Part shown: piece after piece, positions 8,036 through 15,150 of the stretch
How positions within the stretch are numbered: the first letter of the stretch is position 1
Layout: each line of letters opens with the position of its first letter
Origin: Klebsiella phage ST899-OXA48phi17.2
Length of the DNA: 17,998 nt
Sequence record: MK433583.1
Strand: one strand, 5' to 3'
Notes under the pieces: generated by a model
The model's database searches: none
What the model saw: the letters and a program-made list of their open reading frames with translations, nothing else
Told to the model about the DNA's origin: nothing
Program-made: the position numbers and the translations under genes

Positions 8036-8557
8036 TCATCTACAAATCTCGCCCCATAGTTTCGAAAACTCAGAACCACCATCATCGATAAGTGTCATAC
8101 CATTTTTACTTAGATATTTTTTAAATCCTGAGTATGCTCCAAAGCTGTTTTTAGCATTTACCTGGCCGCACACATACCCATCGCGACCAACACTCTGGTT
8201 TTTGAAATTTGCAGATTCCGGGTCTTTTAATACTGACTTAACACCAGAATTGCTTGCTGATATAACATTCATATTGTTGTATCTTTTCTGCCTATCGCTC
8301 TCACTAATTCGCACTAACTCCTCATGTTCCTTATACCTATCACCCCACAAAGGAACCATTGAGTTAACAAAAAACAAGACAAAGACAGAACCAAATATTA
8401 TCAACAGAGAAGCAATCTCCCTGCCAATTTTATCTATATATTTTAAAGAAATTACCAGAACGATAATAAGAAAAACAATTGATATTGGCTGCCTTAAAGC
8501 GATGATAAATGCTATAGCAAAAACCACTAAAGATAAAACCCCCAATATTTTTTTCAT
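8036..8557 (-). CDS. Moron: membrane protein with 3 predicted transmembrane helices and a ~100 aa C-terminal domain of unknown function (173 aa)
   Basis: ORF of ~33% GC embedded in a ~52% GC late operon. Hydrophobic N-terminal segments (LGVLSLVVFAIAFIIAL, ISIVFLIIVLVISL, IASLLIIFGSVFVLFFV). Has its own downstream terminator and an upstream inverted repeat. No lipobox cysteine. Confidence 0.6.
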   Translation of the reverse strand: MKKILGVLSLVVFAIAFIIALRQPISIVFLIIVLVISLKYIDKIGREIASLLIIFGSVFVLFFVNSMVPLWGDRYKEHEELVRISESDRQKRYNNMNVISASNSGVKSVLKDPESANFKNQSVGRDGYVCGQVNAKNSFGAYSGFKKYLSKNGMTLIDDGGSEFSKLWGEICR

Positions 8558-8631
8558 TTTTTATCCCAATAGGTAGAAAAGAACTAAAATCCTACCATTG
8601 GTTAGGCCAGAATTCAGCATCGTTGCTCAAT
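8558..8631 (-). promoter_or_regulatory. Candidate moron promoter/operator. A 10-bp imperfect inverted repeat (ccaatggtag ... ctacc[t]attgg, 15-nt spacer) overlaps an extended -10-like TGgTAGGAT.
   Basis: Intergenic 74 nt between the T-domain stop and the moron start. GGGA Shine-Dalgarno about 6 nt before the ATG. Coordinates are accurate to within 2 nt. Confidence 0.3.
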
Positions 8632-8937
8632 TCAAACTGAGGCAGCAAGCAAAGCGGCCTCTAACCCAGCAAATGGATCACTGCTGTCACTTGCCTCGTC
8701 CTCTTCTGTGCTCCACTGAAGCTGAGCGTCTTCAATGGTGAGTTTTCCGCCTTGTGCGCCGTACACCGCTGAAACCAGCTGTGCATTGAGAATATCGCCA
8801 CGGATATCACCGATCGGGCTGATACGGTCGTATTCAGCCCACATCCTGAACTCCCCCACCGTCATAGTCTGTCGCAGTTCGCCCAGCGTGCGTCCCATCC
8901 GGAGCGCCAGCGACATCAGGAACTGCATGCCAGGCAT
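8632..8937 (-). CDS. Tail assembly chaperone T-like domain, expressed as a G-T fusion by a -1 frameshift from the upstream G gene
   Basis: This ORF is in the -1 frame relative to G, directly after it, in the position between the major tail and tape measure genes. The motif TVGEFRMWAEY is typical of gpT-like proteins. Confidence 0.65.
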   Translation of the reverse strand: MPGMQFLMSLALRMGRTLGELRQTMTVGEFRMWAEYDRISPIGDIRGDILNAQLVSAVYGAQGGKLTIEDAQLQWSTEEDEASDSSDPFAGLEAALLAASV

Positions 8938-8951
8938 TTTTACTTTGCTTT
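8935..8951 (-). other. Putative programmed -1 ribosomal frameshift site (GCC AAA GCA AAG TAA; Lys-tRNA slips from AAG to AAA with the stop codon in the A site)
   Basis: The T frame is open only for the last ~6 codons of G, because a TGA lies upstream in that frame. The shift must therefore occur at ...A AAG TAA. Confidence 0.45.
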
Positions 8952-9344
8952 GGCATCATCCGCGTCACGAATGAGATCGAGTGCCTGTTTCAAAAGACGG
9001 GAGTGGACCGGACCATACATTGATTCAACCTGCTTCGTATCATCGACGGTAAAGACGGGTTGCAGGTCGGTATCCAGTAAAATATCGATGAAGAGCGCGA
9101 CATCTGCCCGCATCATGCGGAAGGCACGCTCTGAAGGGGTCAGCTCTGGCACCTCTGGTGCTTCCTGCCCTTCCGGGGGTTTTGGTTGTTCCGGGCTGGC
9201 GATCCCCTGCCAGCGAATCCAGGCTTCAGCAGAGGGTTCACGAATGATAACTTTGGCGTTTTCCCACTCAGGAACGGGAACTTCCTTTTTGCGAAAACCT
9301 GCCATCGGGGCCAACGCCAGCGCTTTAAGATTCTGTTTTGACAT
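8940..9344 (-). CDS. Tail assembly chaperone, gpG-like
   Basis: Acidic 134 aa protein immediately after the major tail gene and followed by a -1 frame ORF. This is the conserved G/G-T arrangement. Confidence 0.7.
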   Translation of the reverse strand: MSKQNLKALALAPMAGFRKKEVPVPEWENAKVIIREPSAEAWIRWQGIASPEQPKPPEGQEAPEVPELTPSERAFRMMRADVALFIDILLDTDLQPVFTVDDTKQVESMYGPVHSRLLKQALDLIRDADDAKAK

Positions 9345-9374
9345 TAAGTTTATCGCCGGTTCCCCGGCGCTCCA

Positions 9375-10091
9375 TTAACTGATGGTGACGGTGTGGTCAG
9401 CAGAGGTAATAACGGTGCCATCGGCATCGGTGACCACGCAGGAATAAACCCCGGCGTCACCCGATACTGCGCTGGCCTTATTAAACGTTGCGCTGGTCTG
9501 CCCGCTGACTGTAGAAGAGCCTTTTTTCCAGACGTAGGTATAAGGTGCCGTTCCGCCCTGGACGACCACCCCCATCGTCATGGCACTTCCGACCGCAACT
9601 GTCTGCGATGCAGGAAGGTCAGTAGCGAAAGACAGGACACCAGAGGCATTAATATTGGTTGGCTTGCCTTTCAAACGCAGCGAGAACGTTGCGGCTACCA
9701 CACCATTGGTTTGAGAATCCCAGGTATGTTGACGTACCTCAGAGCGCATCAGGAACCCGTTACCTGACGGGAAAATAACCTTAAAACCATAAACGCCGTC
9801 GTTATCGTATGCTTCACGAAGGGCATCCTGCGCCGGGTTGCGATAGAAGTTACCCGAGAGAGACATCTCCGACGGAGCAGGAAGGCCGTTGATATTTTCT
9901 GTTTCATCAGAACAAAGCGCTGTCACGTCAATATCGTTTTTCTGCCCGGCGGTAAAGCTGGCCTGCTTGATGGTGCAACTCAGGTTTAACCAGGTCGCCG
10001 TATCCAGCTCTGCCGCAGTAACCGGCACTGAGGTAATCATTACTACCGTTTTTTGGGCACGTTCATATAGTGCTGACATCGCAGCCTCCAT
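9375..10091 (-). CDS. Major tail (tube) protein with a C-terminal Ig-like (Big_2-type) domain
   Basis: 238 aa, GGAGG Shine-Dalgarno, located after the tail terminator gene. The C-terminal ~85 aa (TAPYTYVWKKGSSTVSG...GVYSCVVTDADGTV) is a typical Ig-like decoration domain, as in lambda gpV. Confidence 0.8.
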   Translation of the reverse strand: MEAAMSALYERAQKTVVMITSVPVTAAELDTATWLNLSCTIKQASFTAGQKNDIDVTALCSDETENINGLPAPSEMSLSGNFYRNPAQDALREAYDNDGVYGFKVIFPSGNGFLMRSEVRQHTWDSQTNGVVAATFSLRLKGKPTNINASGVLSFATDLPASQTVAVGSAMTMGVVVQGGTAPYTYVWKKGSSTVSGQTSATFNKASAVSGDAGVYSCVVTDADGTVITSADHTVTIS

Positions 10092-10096
10092 AAATG

Positions 10097-10117
10097 AAAA
10101 AAACCGCCAGCGGCGGT
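10097..10117 (-). terminator. Intrinsic-terminator-like hairpin (accgcc gct ggcggt + U7) immediately 5' of the major tail gene ribosome-binding site
   Basis: 6-bp GC stem followed on the minus-strand transcript by TTTTTTT. Then catttatGGAGGctgcgATG. Confidence 0.5.
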
Positions 10118-10136
10118 CGGATTGGATGGTTTTCAG

Positions 10137-10484
10137 TCAGGAAATGACTGTTATTTCAAGCGTTGCCCGGTGCAGGTGGGTTGTTGTGTCGTAGCCGGGG
10201 ATTTTTGTCACCTCAACAGGTGAAAGCACTTCCAGACGAGAAAGAGCTTCAAGCCGCAACGCTCTGGCCTCATCGTTTGTTTTTGCCCACACATCAACCT
10301 GAATATGTAGCGTAGATTCGGCCTGCCCGCAGAACACATCCCCGGATACGTCAGTCGGTATTGAGAAAATGATGTAAGGATCGGCAACAGCAGGCAGATT
10401 GTCGCTCCCGAGCGGTACCACATACGGATAAACCCTCCCGTCTGCCAGCGGAGACAGAAGGTTATAGATATCATCCTCTGTCAT
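10137..10484 (-). CDS. Tail terminator / tail completion protein (DUF3168-like)
   Basis: 115 aa, ATGA overlap with the upstream gene, and the position directly upstream of the major tail protein. Confidence 0.55.
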   Translation of the reverse strand: MTEDDIYNLLSPLADGRVYPYVVPLGSDNLPAVADPYIIFSIPTDVSGDVFCGQAESTLHIQVDVWAKTNDEARALRLEALSRLEVLSPVEVTKIPGYDTTTHLHRATLEITVIS

Positions 10485-10930
10485 TTAGCCAGCACCTCAT
10501 CAATCGCCGTATTCATCCTCTGCATGGCTACCTGTGCAGCCTCTTCCAGCCGGGTATCAAACGCTGGGCGGACAAAAGGATGAGCGGGAGCTGTTGCCGT
10601 TCCCAGTTCAACAAAGCGCCAGTAGAAAGCATTCCGTTTGTTGCTGGCCTTCATGGTGTTGTCGCTGTTCCCTGTTTGCGGATTAACCCCGCGAATATGG
10701 ACCCCTGATGCGATTTCACCGCGACGGCGGCTTTTCTGAGTGACCACAACGACGTTTTTCTTCAGCTTCCCGGTTTGTTCGGGAGCCCGATCAATCACTT
10801 CCTGTCGGAGGACTTCAGCCCCGGCACGAGTAGAGTCCCGGAGGACTTTGTTATTTTCAGCTTTGCTGAGGGTTTGCAGATCACGAGCGATATCCTGCAA
10901 GCCGGAAAAATCCAGATTCACATCAATCAT
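10481..10930 (-). CDS. HK97 gp10-family neck / tail-attachment protein
   Basis: 149 aa. The C-terminal motif PAHPFVRPAFD is characteristic of the HK97 gp10 family. ATGA overlaps on both sides. Confidence 0.7.
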   Translation of the reverse strand: MIDVNLDFSGLQDIARDLQTLSKAENNKVLRDSTRAGAEVLRQEVIDRAPEQTGKLKKNVVVVTQKSRRRGEIASGVHIRGVNPQTGNSDNTMKASNKRNAFYWRFVELGTATAPAHPFVRPAFDTRLEEAAQVAMQRMNTAIDEVLAK

Positions 10931-11265
10931 TTTTCGGTCCCCTGTTTGCAGAGAATTTCCAGGCGGGTACCTTTGCTGTCTGGCACTGGAGGCCCGGTGA
11001 CGTTCAATGTCACTCCTTTGTAGGGGCCGTTACGCACAAGAAGCCGGGATGAGGCAGAAATATCATTGCGGTACCGAACCCAGACACGAACAGTCGCATC
11101 AGCTCGTTCGGCTCCGGCAGTCAGGCTCTCTCGCCCGCTGATTCCCTTAACCTCTGCCCAGATGGTTTTTCCATCTTCCCATTTTTCAACTGGTTGACCG
11201 GATGGAGTTCGCGTAGCGGTAAAATTACGGATGGTGATCCGGTGCCGCATCGGTCCAATCTTCAT
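10927..11265 (-). CDS. Head closure / head-tail joining protein (SPP1 gp16-like)
   Basis: 112 aa. The MRHRITI N-terminus and the position after the gp6-like connector are typical. Confidence 0.65.
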   Translation of the reverse strand: MKIGPMRHRITIRNFTATRTPSGQPVEKWEDGKTIWAEVKGISGRESLTAGAERADATVRVWVRYRNDISASSRLLVRNGPYKGVTLNVTGPPVPDSKGTRLEILCKQGTEK

Positions 11266-11275
11266 GGTCCCTCCG

Positions 11276-11614
11276 TTAAACTCCCATATCTATGCGATAG
11301 GGATTAAGCAACCAACGCGCAGGTCCAGGGATATCAAGGCTTAGATCATCCCCGCGGTTTTCATACAACCAGCCCAATATAAGAAGAACCGCACTCTGAA
11401 CAGAGGGTGTGATAATAATTGGGCGATCGCCGGCGCTTTCATGTTCAACTGCGTTATCCAGTGCGACCTGGTCTGAATAAAAACGACGGTTAAGAAACTG
11501 CATAGCAGCATCCTCCGCAGCGGCCAGATACCCCTCCACCAACGTTTTATCGATTTCATCATCCAGCCTGAGATGTTCCATGGCTGTTTCAGTGTTGATT
11601 ACCGTCATAACCAT
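11276..11614 (-). CDS. gp6-like head-tail connector (DNA-packaging / head completion) protein
   Basis: 112 aa. The N-terminal MEHLRLDDEIDKTLVEGYLAAAEDAAMQFLNR matches the Phage_connect_1 signature. Confidence 0.7.
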   Translation of the reverse strand: MVMTVINTETAMEHLRLDDEIDKTLVEGYLAAAEDAAMQFLNRRFYSDQVALDNAVEHESAGDRPIIITPSVQSAVLLILGWLYENRGDDLSLDIPGPARWLLNPYRIDMGV

Positions 11615-11868
11615 TACCCTTTGGTTTCGGGGGCGCGGTTCATTTTGTTATCAGGGGCTTCACCAACTATCGTCACCAGCCCGTTACCTTTGAGTTCGGC
11701 AGCACGTAATCGAGAAACGTGAAAAGGATCATCGGCTGGCGTTCTGAAAATATCGCCATCCATAAAACGCCGGACAGGTTGAACCTGAATAGTCCCGGAA
11801 TCGGGTACAGGTGATAAGTTGTCGTTAACTGATGCAGTAGATTCAGCCACATTTTTCCTGGCCATCAT
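11614..11868 (-). CDS. Hypothetical small protein (84 aa) between the capsid gene and the connector
   Basis: Strong GAGGAG Shine-Dalgarno, and ATGA coupling to the next gene. No family recognised. Confidence 0.4.
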   Translation of the reverse strand: MMARKNVAESTASVNDNLSPVPDSGTIQVQPVRRFMDGDIFRTPADDPFHVSRLRAAELKGNGLVTIVGEAPDNKMNRAPETKG

Positions 11869-11876
11869 GCTCTCCT

Positions 11877-11903
11877 CAAAAAGAGAGGGCCGCTAAACGG
11901 CCC
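11877..11903 (-). terminator. Intrinsic terminator downstream of the major capsid gene (gggccg ttaag cggccc + UCUCUUUUU)
   Basis: 6-bp GC stem and T-rich tail on the minus strand, 9 nt after the capsid stop and before the GAGGAG ribosome-binding site of the next gene. Confidence 0.6.
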
Positions 11904-11911
11904 TGTGTTTG

Positions 11912-13132
11912 TCAGCCGCCAGAAGCGGTTACAGTACCGGTGACAAAAGCCTCCGGCCGATAGACCGCCAACGCCAGACGTTCTTCCGCACGAATTGTGA
12001 CCATGTTTTTAACAAAGTCGTCTTCGTTTTCAGTGGAGAGCAGGACTTCGATATCCATGCGGTCGAAGATTTGCGCCGCCATATTAAACGCCCCGGTCAG
12101 GAAGTTGTTCTGCGCCATGGCCTGTGTTTCCACAACCGGGAGACCCCAGATACGCGGAACACCACCATTGACCGGCTGCGCAATGATATAGCGGCCTTCG
12201 TTATCTTTGGTCAGCTCAATGCCCGCCCAGTCAATCGGGTTCAGTACAAAACCGGACGCCGGATATTCCGCCAGGACGGCCTGTAAAACCGCCAGACGAA
12301 GACGATCAATCGGCGTGGCATTGGACAAGGTAAGGGCCGGTGCAAATTCTGTTGCCTGCGGCAGAATGCCGAGGATATTCGCACCGGTACCATCGCCGCT
12401 CAGCAACTGCTGCTCTTCTTTAAAGCGAAGACCATACTGAGCACGACCATCGATATAGCTGGCCAGACCGGGAGCGTCGTCCAGGATCTGACGGGACGCT
12501 TTAAAATAATGCGCAATAGTACGAACAGGCGCACTTTTCAGCTCAAACTGAATGTCAGATTTTGGCTTAAGTACACCTTCCGCCACAGCTGCAGCATTAT
12601 TGGTAAACCCTGTCTCCTGAACGAATTCAATCCCGTTAGATGCGGTATTGCCAGGGATCAGCAGATTACGAATTGTCAGAGTTCGTTCCGGCGGGGCGAT
12701 AATGCCCTGAACACGATCGGAGACCACCAGGCTGTTGGTTGCACTCACGCCAGTGCCCGTAGTCGCCGGTACGTTCATGATGTCTTTCTGCTCAAGCTTT
12801 ACACGGATGCTCTTGCGGGCCGAGCTGTCCATTCCTTTGAACTCTTCACTTTCGACCACCAGCTCACCGATCGATTTTCGCTGTTGAGGTGTTTCGTTCT
12901 GACGGCGTGCACCTTTTTGCTCAAGTTCAGTGAGGCGTTCTTTCAGCTCGTTCATCTGATTCAGGCTTTCGTCCGTTCGTTGTTTCAGTTCCTGCGAAAC
13001 GGTTTCTCCTGCCTCCATTTTTTTCTTCACGTCTTCGCCGAAGTTTTTGACCTGATCAATCACCATAGTGAGCTGGGTAGAGATTTCGCCAATTGTTTGT
13101 GGCTGATCGTCAGCCGATTTTTTCTGGTACAT
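11912..13132 (-). CDS. Major capsid protein, HK97 fold, with N-terminal coiled-coil delta (scaffolding) domain
   Basis: 406 aa. The N-terminal ~100 aa are charged coiled coil (ELKQRTDESLNQMNELKERLTELEQK). The remainder has HK97-type capsid motifs. Follows the prohead protease gene. Confidence 0.9.
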   Translation of the reverse strand: MYQKKSADDQPQTIGEISTQLTMVIDQVKNFGEDVKKKMEAGETVSQELKQRTDESLNQMNELKERLTELEQKGARRQNETPQQRKSIGELVVESEEFKGMDSSARKSIRVKLEQKDIMNVPATTGTGVSATNSLVVSDRVQGIIAPPERTLTIRNLLIPGNTASNGIEFVQETGFTNNAAAVAEGVLKPKSDIQFELKSAPVRTIAHYFKASRQILDDAPGLASYIDGRAQYGLRFKEEQQLLSGDGTGANILGILPQATEFAPALTLSNATPIDRLRLAVLQAVLAEYPASGFVLNPIDWAGIELTKDNEGRYIIAQPVNGGVPRIWGLPVVETQAMAQNNFLTGAFNMAAQIFDRMDIEVLLSTENEDDFVKNMVTIRAEERLALAVYRPEAFVTGTVTASGG

Positions 13133-13141
13133 ATATATCCC

Positions 13142-13849
13142 TTAGAGAATTTTGGGGAGAGAAAACTGGCTCAATTGCTGGCGCATCGCCGCAATAGCCG
13201 CTTTGGTTTCGCCGTCTTCGCCCCCGGACTCACTCCGGTCAAGCAGATAGGACAGCCCGCGGGAGGCGACCGCAGCGGACTGACTTTTCGAGAAACCTGC
13301 CTCACGCAGGAACTTCTCAAATTCAGGTAAGGAAGGAAGATCACCGTGTGACAGCTTCGACTTAATGACATCAATACGCGCATCATCGTTGGCCGGTACT
13401 GTAACGATGGAGATTTCAACCAGGTCGAGCTTCGTTAATGTGCGGATCCGGGTTTTCTCATCGTAATTCGATTCCCGTACGTAATAGCCAATGGAAAGGC
13501 CGGTAATAGCGCGGGTTTTCATGCCCCGCCAGGCTGTTTTTGCATAAGCAGCATCGTCAAGCCACAACGCCCCCTCGCCAAACAGTCCATGCTTATCTTC
13601 TTTGAGGGTCGAAATATCCCAGTTGCCTATGGGTTCGCCGGTGCGATGCTGCCAGAGAACCGGGAACGTTCTCCCCTTCGCCCGTGTTTCCTCGATGCTT
13701 TCGAGGAAAGCGCCCGGCGCCACGACTTCGTTGTAGCTATCCACCACATCGAAGACAGAACCGTACCCAGAAAAAAGGCCGTCATCGTTGACGGCCTTAA
13801 TGTCGAAGTCGAATGCCTTTACTTTCATGGCTGCGTTTTTCCGGTACAT
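13142..13849 (-). CDS. HK97-family prohead protease (S78/U35). The likely true start is ATG 13826-13828, which forms an ATGA overlap with the portal stop.
   Basis: KAFDFDIKAVNDDGLFSGYGSVFDVVDSYNEVVAPGAF is the hallmark N-terminus. Lies between the portal and capsid genes. Confidence 0.85.
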   Translation of the reverse strand: MYRKNAAMKVKAFDFDIKAVNDDGLFSGYGSVFDVVDSYNEVVAPGAFLESIEETRAKGRTFPVLWQHRTGEPIGNWDISTLKEDKHGLFGEGALWLDDAAYAKTAWRGMKTRAITGLSIGYYVRESNYDEKTRIRTLTKLDLVEISIVTVPANDDARIDVIKSKLSHGDLPSLPEFEKFLREAGFSKSQSAAVASRGLSYLLDRSESGGEDGETKAAIAAMRQQLSQFSLPKIL

Positions 13850-15144
13850 TCCGGCGTCTCCTCTGATTTAATGCCAAGCCATTCCCGCAATGCGTTTTTG
13901 GCCGATTCACTGTCGCCGGACTTGCCAAGCTGATCTATCGGCAGCAGGTTGGATTGAACGGTAAGTTGATCAGCGCCGGGTTTTGGCTGAAGGTTTTCTT
14001 TTTGCCGTGCTTCATTGCGGGTCATCAGACCGTTCTGGGTCATTGTTGAGTAAAAGGCGGCACGGGCGGCGCTGTCGGCGCGTAAGAGACCTTCGATGGA
14101 AAACTCTGCGAAGTACTTATTTCTTTCTCCCGGAGCCAGGAGACTTTTACGAACCGCCTGCTCTATACGGGTCAGCCATGGACGAAGCGAAAAAGTTAAA
14201 AAGCCGATCAACATCTGTTCGACCCCGCTCCCCCACATCGTCTGCCCCTGGGCACTATGACCAATCAACCCCGGCCATACTCTGAACCACCGACAAATCT
14301 CTTCGATATTGAATGCTCTGGACTGCAGCATCTGGGCATCTTCCGGGTTGAGGTCAACAGGTTGAAACTTCATGCCCGCCTCAAGAACCATCATTTTCCC
14401 GGTATTCATGGAACCGGAAAATTGTTCAACCATGCTTTCACGTACTTCATTGCGCTGCTCTTTTTTCAGGATCTGATCCATTGAGAGAACGCCGCTGGGC
14501 CGCATACCGTTTTTGAAAACTTTGGCGCTGGCTTCATCTGTTGCCATTGCCAGACCAAGTGTCTGACGGGCATAACTGATAGGTGACAGCCCCATAACAC
14601 CATTAGTGCTGAAGGCACGGATGTGCATAATGTCTCGCTCATCAATGTTTCGGGATAAACCTGAAGGCCAGTCGCGGTAGGTATAAATGGGCTCTCCGCT
14701 GTTACTTAAATCAACCTTCATCCTTTCTGGCCTGAGAGGCACCAGCGAGGTAATACGCTTTCCGGTTCGGTCTATTTCTGCGTAAGCATTCCCCCATAAA
14801 AGGAGGCTGGCCATGATCATTTCCCAGAACTCCACAGCGGTCATGTCAGCATTAGGTTGATTATGGAGGATCTCATAAAGCGGGTGCTCGTTTGCACTCT
14901 GGCGGCCATCAGCTGTTTTTTCGTAAAAACCAACAGGCAACGTTGCTATGGTTTCGGATAATAATCTCACGCATGACCATACCGCCGACAACTGCAGGGC
15001 TTTATCAACCGTAACGGATTTGCCTGCAGCTGACTGCCCACCTGCATAGGCAGCCCAGAATTCGCCGTCAGTAAGTGAAATGGGTACGCCGAGCCACCGG
15101 CGAACGGCACTTTTAATCCGGCCAGGCTTCTTCTCTTTATTCAT
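13825..15144 (-). CDS. Portal protein, HK97 family
   Basis: 439 aa, immediately downstream of the large terminase gene with a 6-nt gap. Conserved portal core. Confidence 0.9.
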   Translation of the reverse strand: MNKEKKPGRIKSAVRRWLGVPISLTDGEFWAAYAGGQSAAGKSVTVDKALQLSAVWSCVRLLSETIATLPVGFYEKTADGRQSANEHPLYEILHNQPNADMTAVEFWEMIMASLLLWGNAYAEIDRTGKRITSLVPLRPERMKVDLSNSGEPIYTYRDWPSGLSRNIDERDIMHIRAFSTNGVMGLSPISYARQTLGLAMATDEASAKVFKNGMRPSGVLSMDQILKKEQRNEVRESMVEQFSGSMNTGKMMVLEAGMKFQPVDLNPEDAQMLQSRAFNIEEICRWFRVWPGLIGHSAQGQTMWGSGVEQMLIGFLTFSLRPWLTRIEQAVRKSLLAPGERNKYFAEFSIEGLLRADSAARAAFYSTMTQNGLMTRNEARQKENLQPKPGADQLTVQSNLLPIDQLGKSGDSESAKNALREWLGIKSEETPECTGKTQP

Positions 15145-15150
15145 GGTGAC

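Noticed and set aside
8036-8557. Moron as a Cor-like or Lom-like outer-membrane lipoprotein
   Set aside because: No lipobox cysteine and no signal-peptidase motif. Three hydrophobic helices indicate an inner-membrane protein. Identity with SieB, Imm or similar cannot be established from sequence alone.
8202-8576. 124 aa plus-strand ORF overlapping the moron
   Set aside because: Antisense to the membrane-protein ORF. That ORF has the clear hydrophobic periodicity, a start with a Shine-Dalgarno, and a terminator. The plus-strand frame is an AT-rich low-complexity artefact.
12509-13330. 273 aa plus-strand ORF
   Set aside because: Entirely antisense to the capsid and prohead protease genes. No ribosome-binding site, and no recognisable protein features. 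A shadow ORF in a GC-rich coding region.
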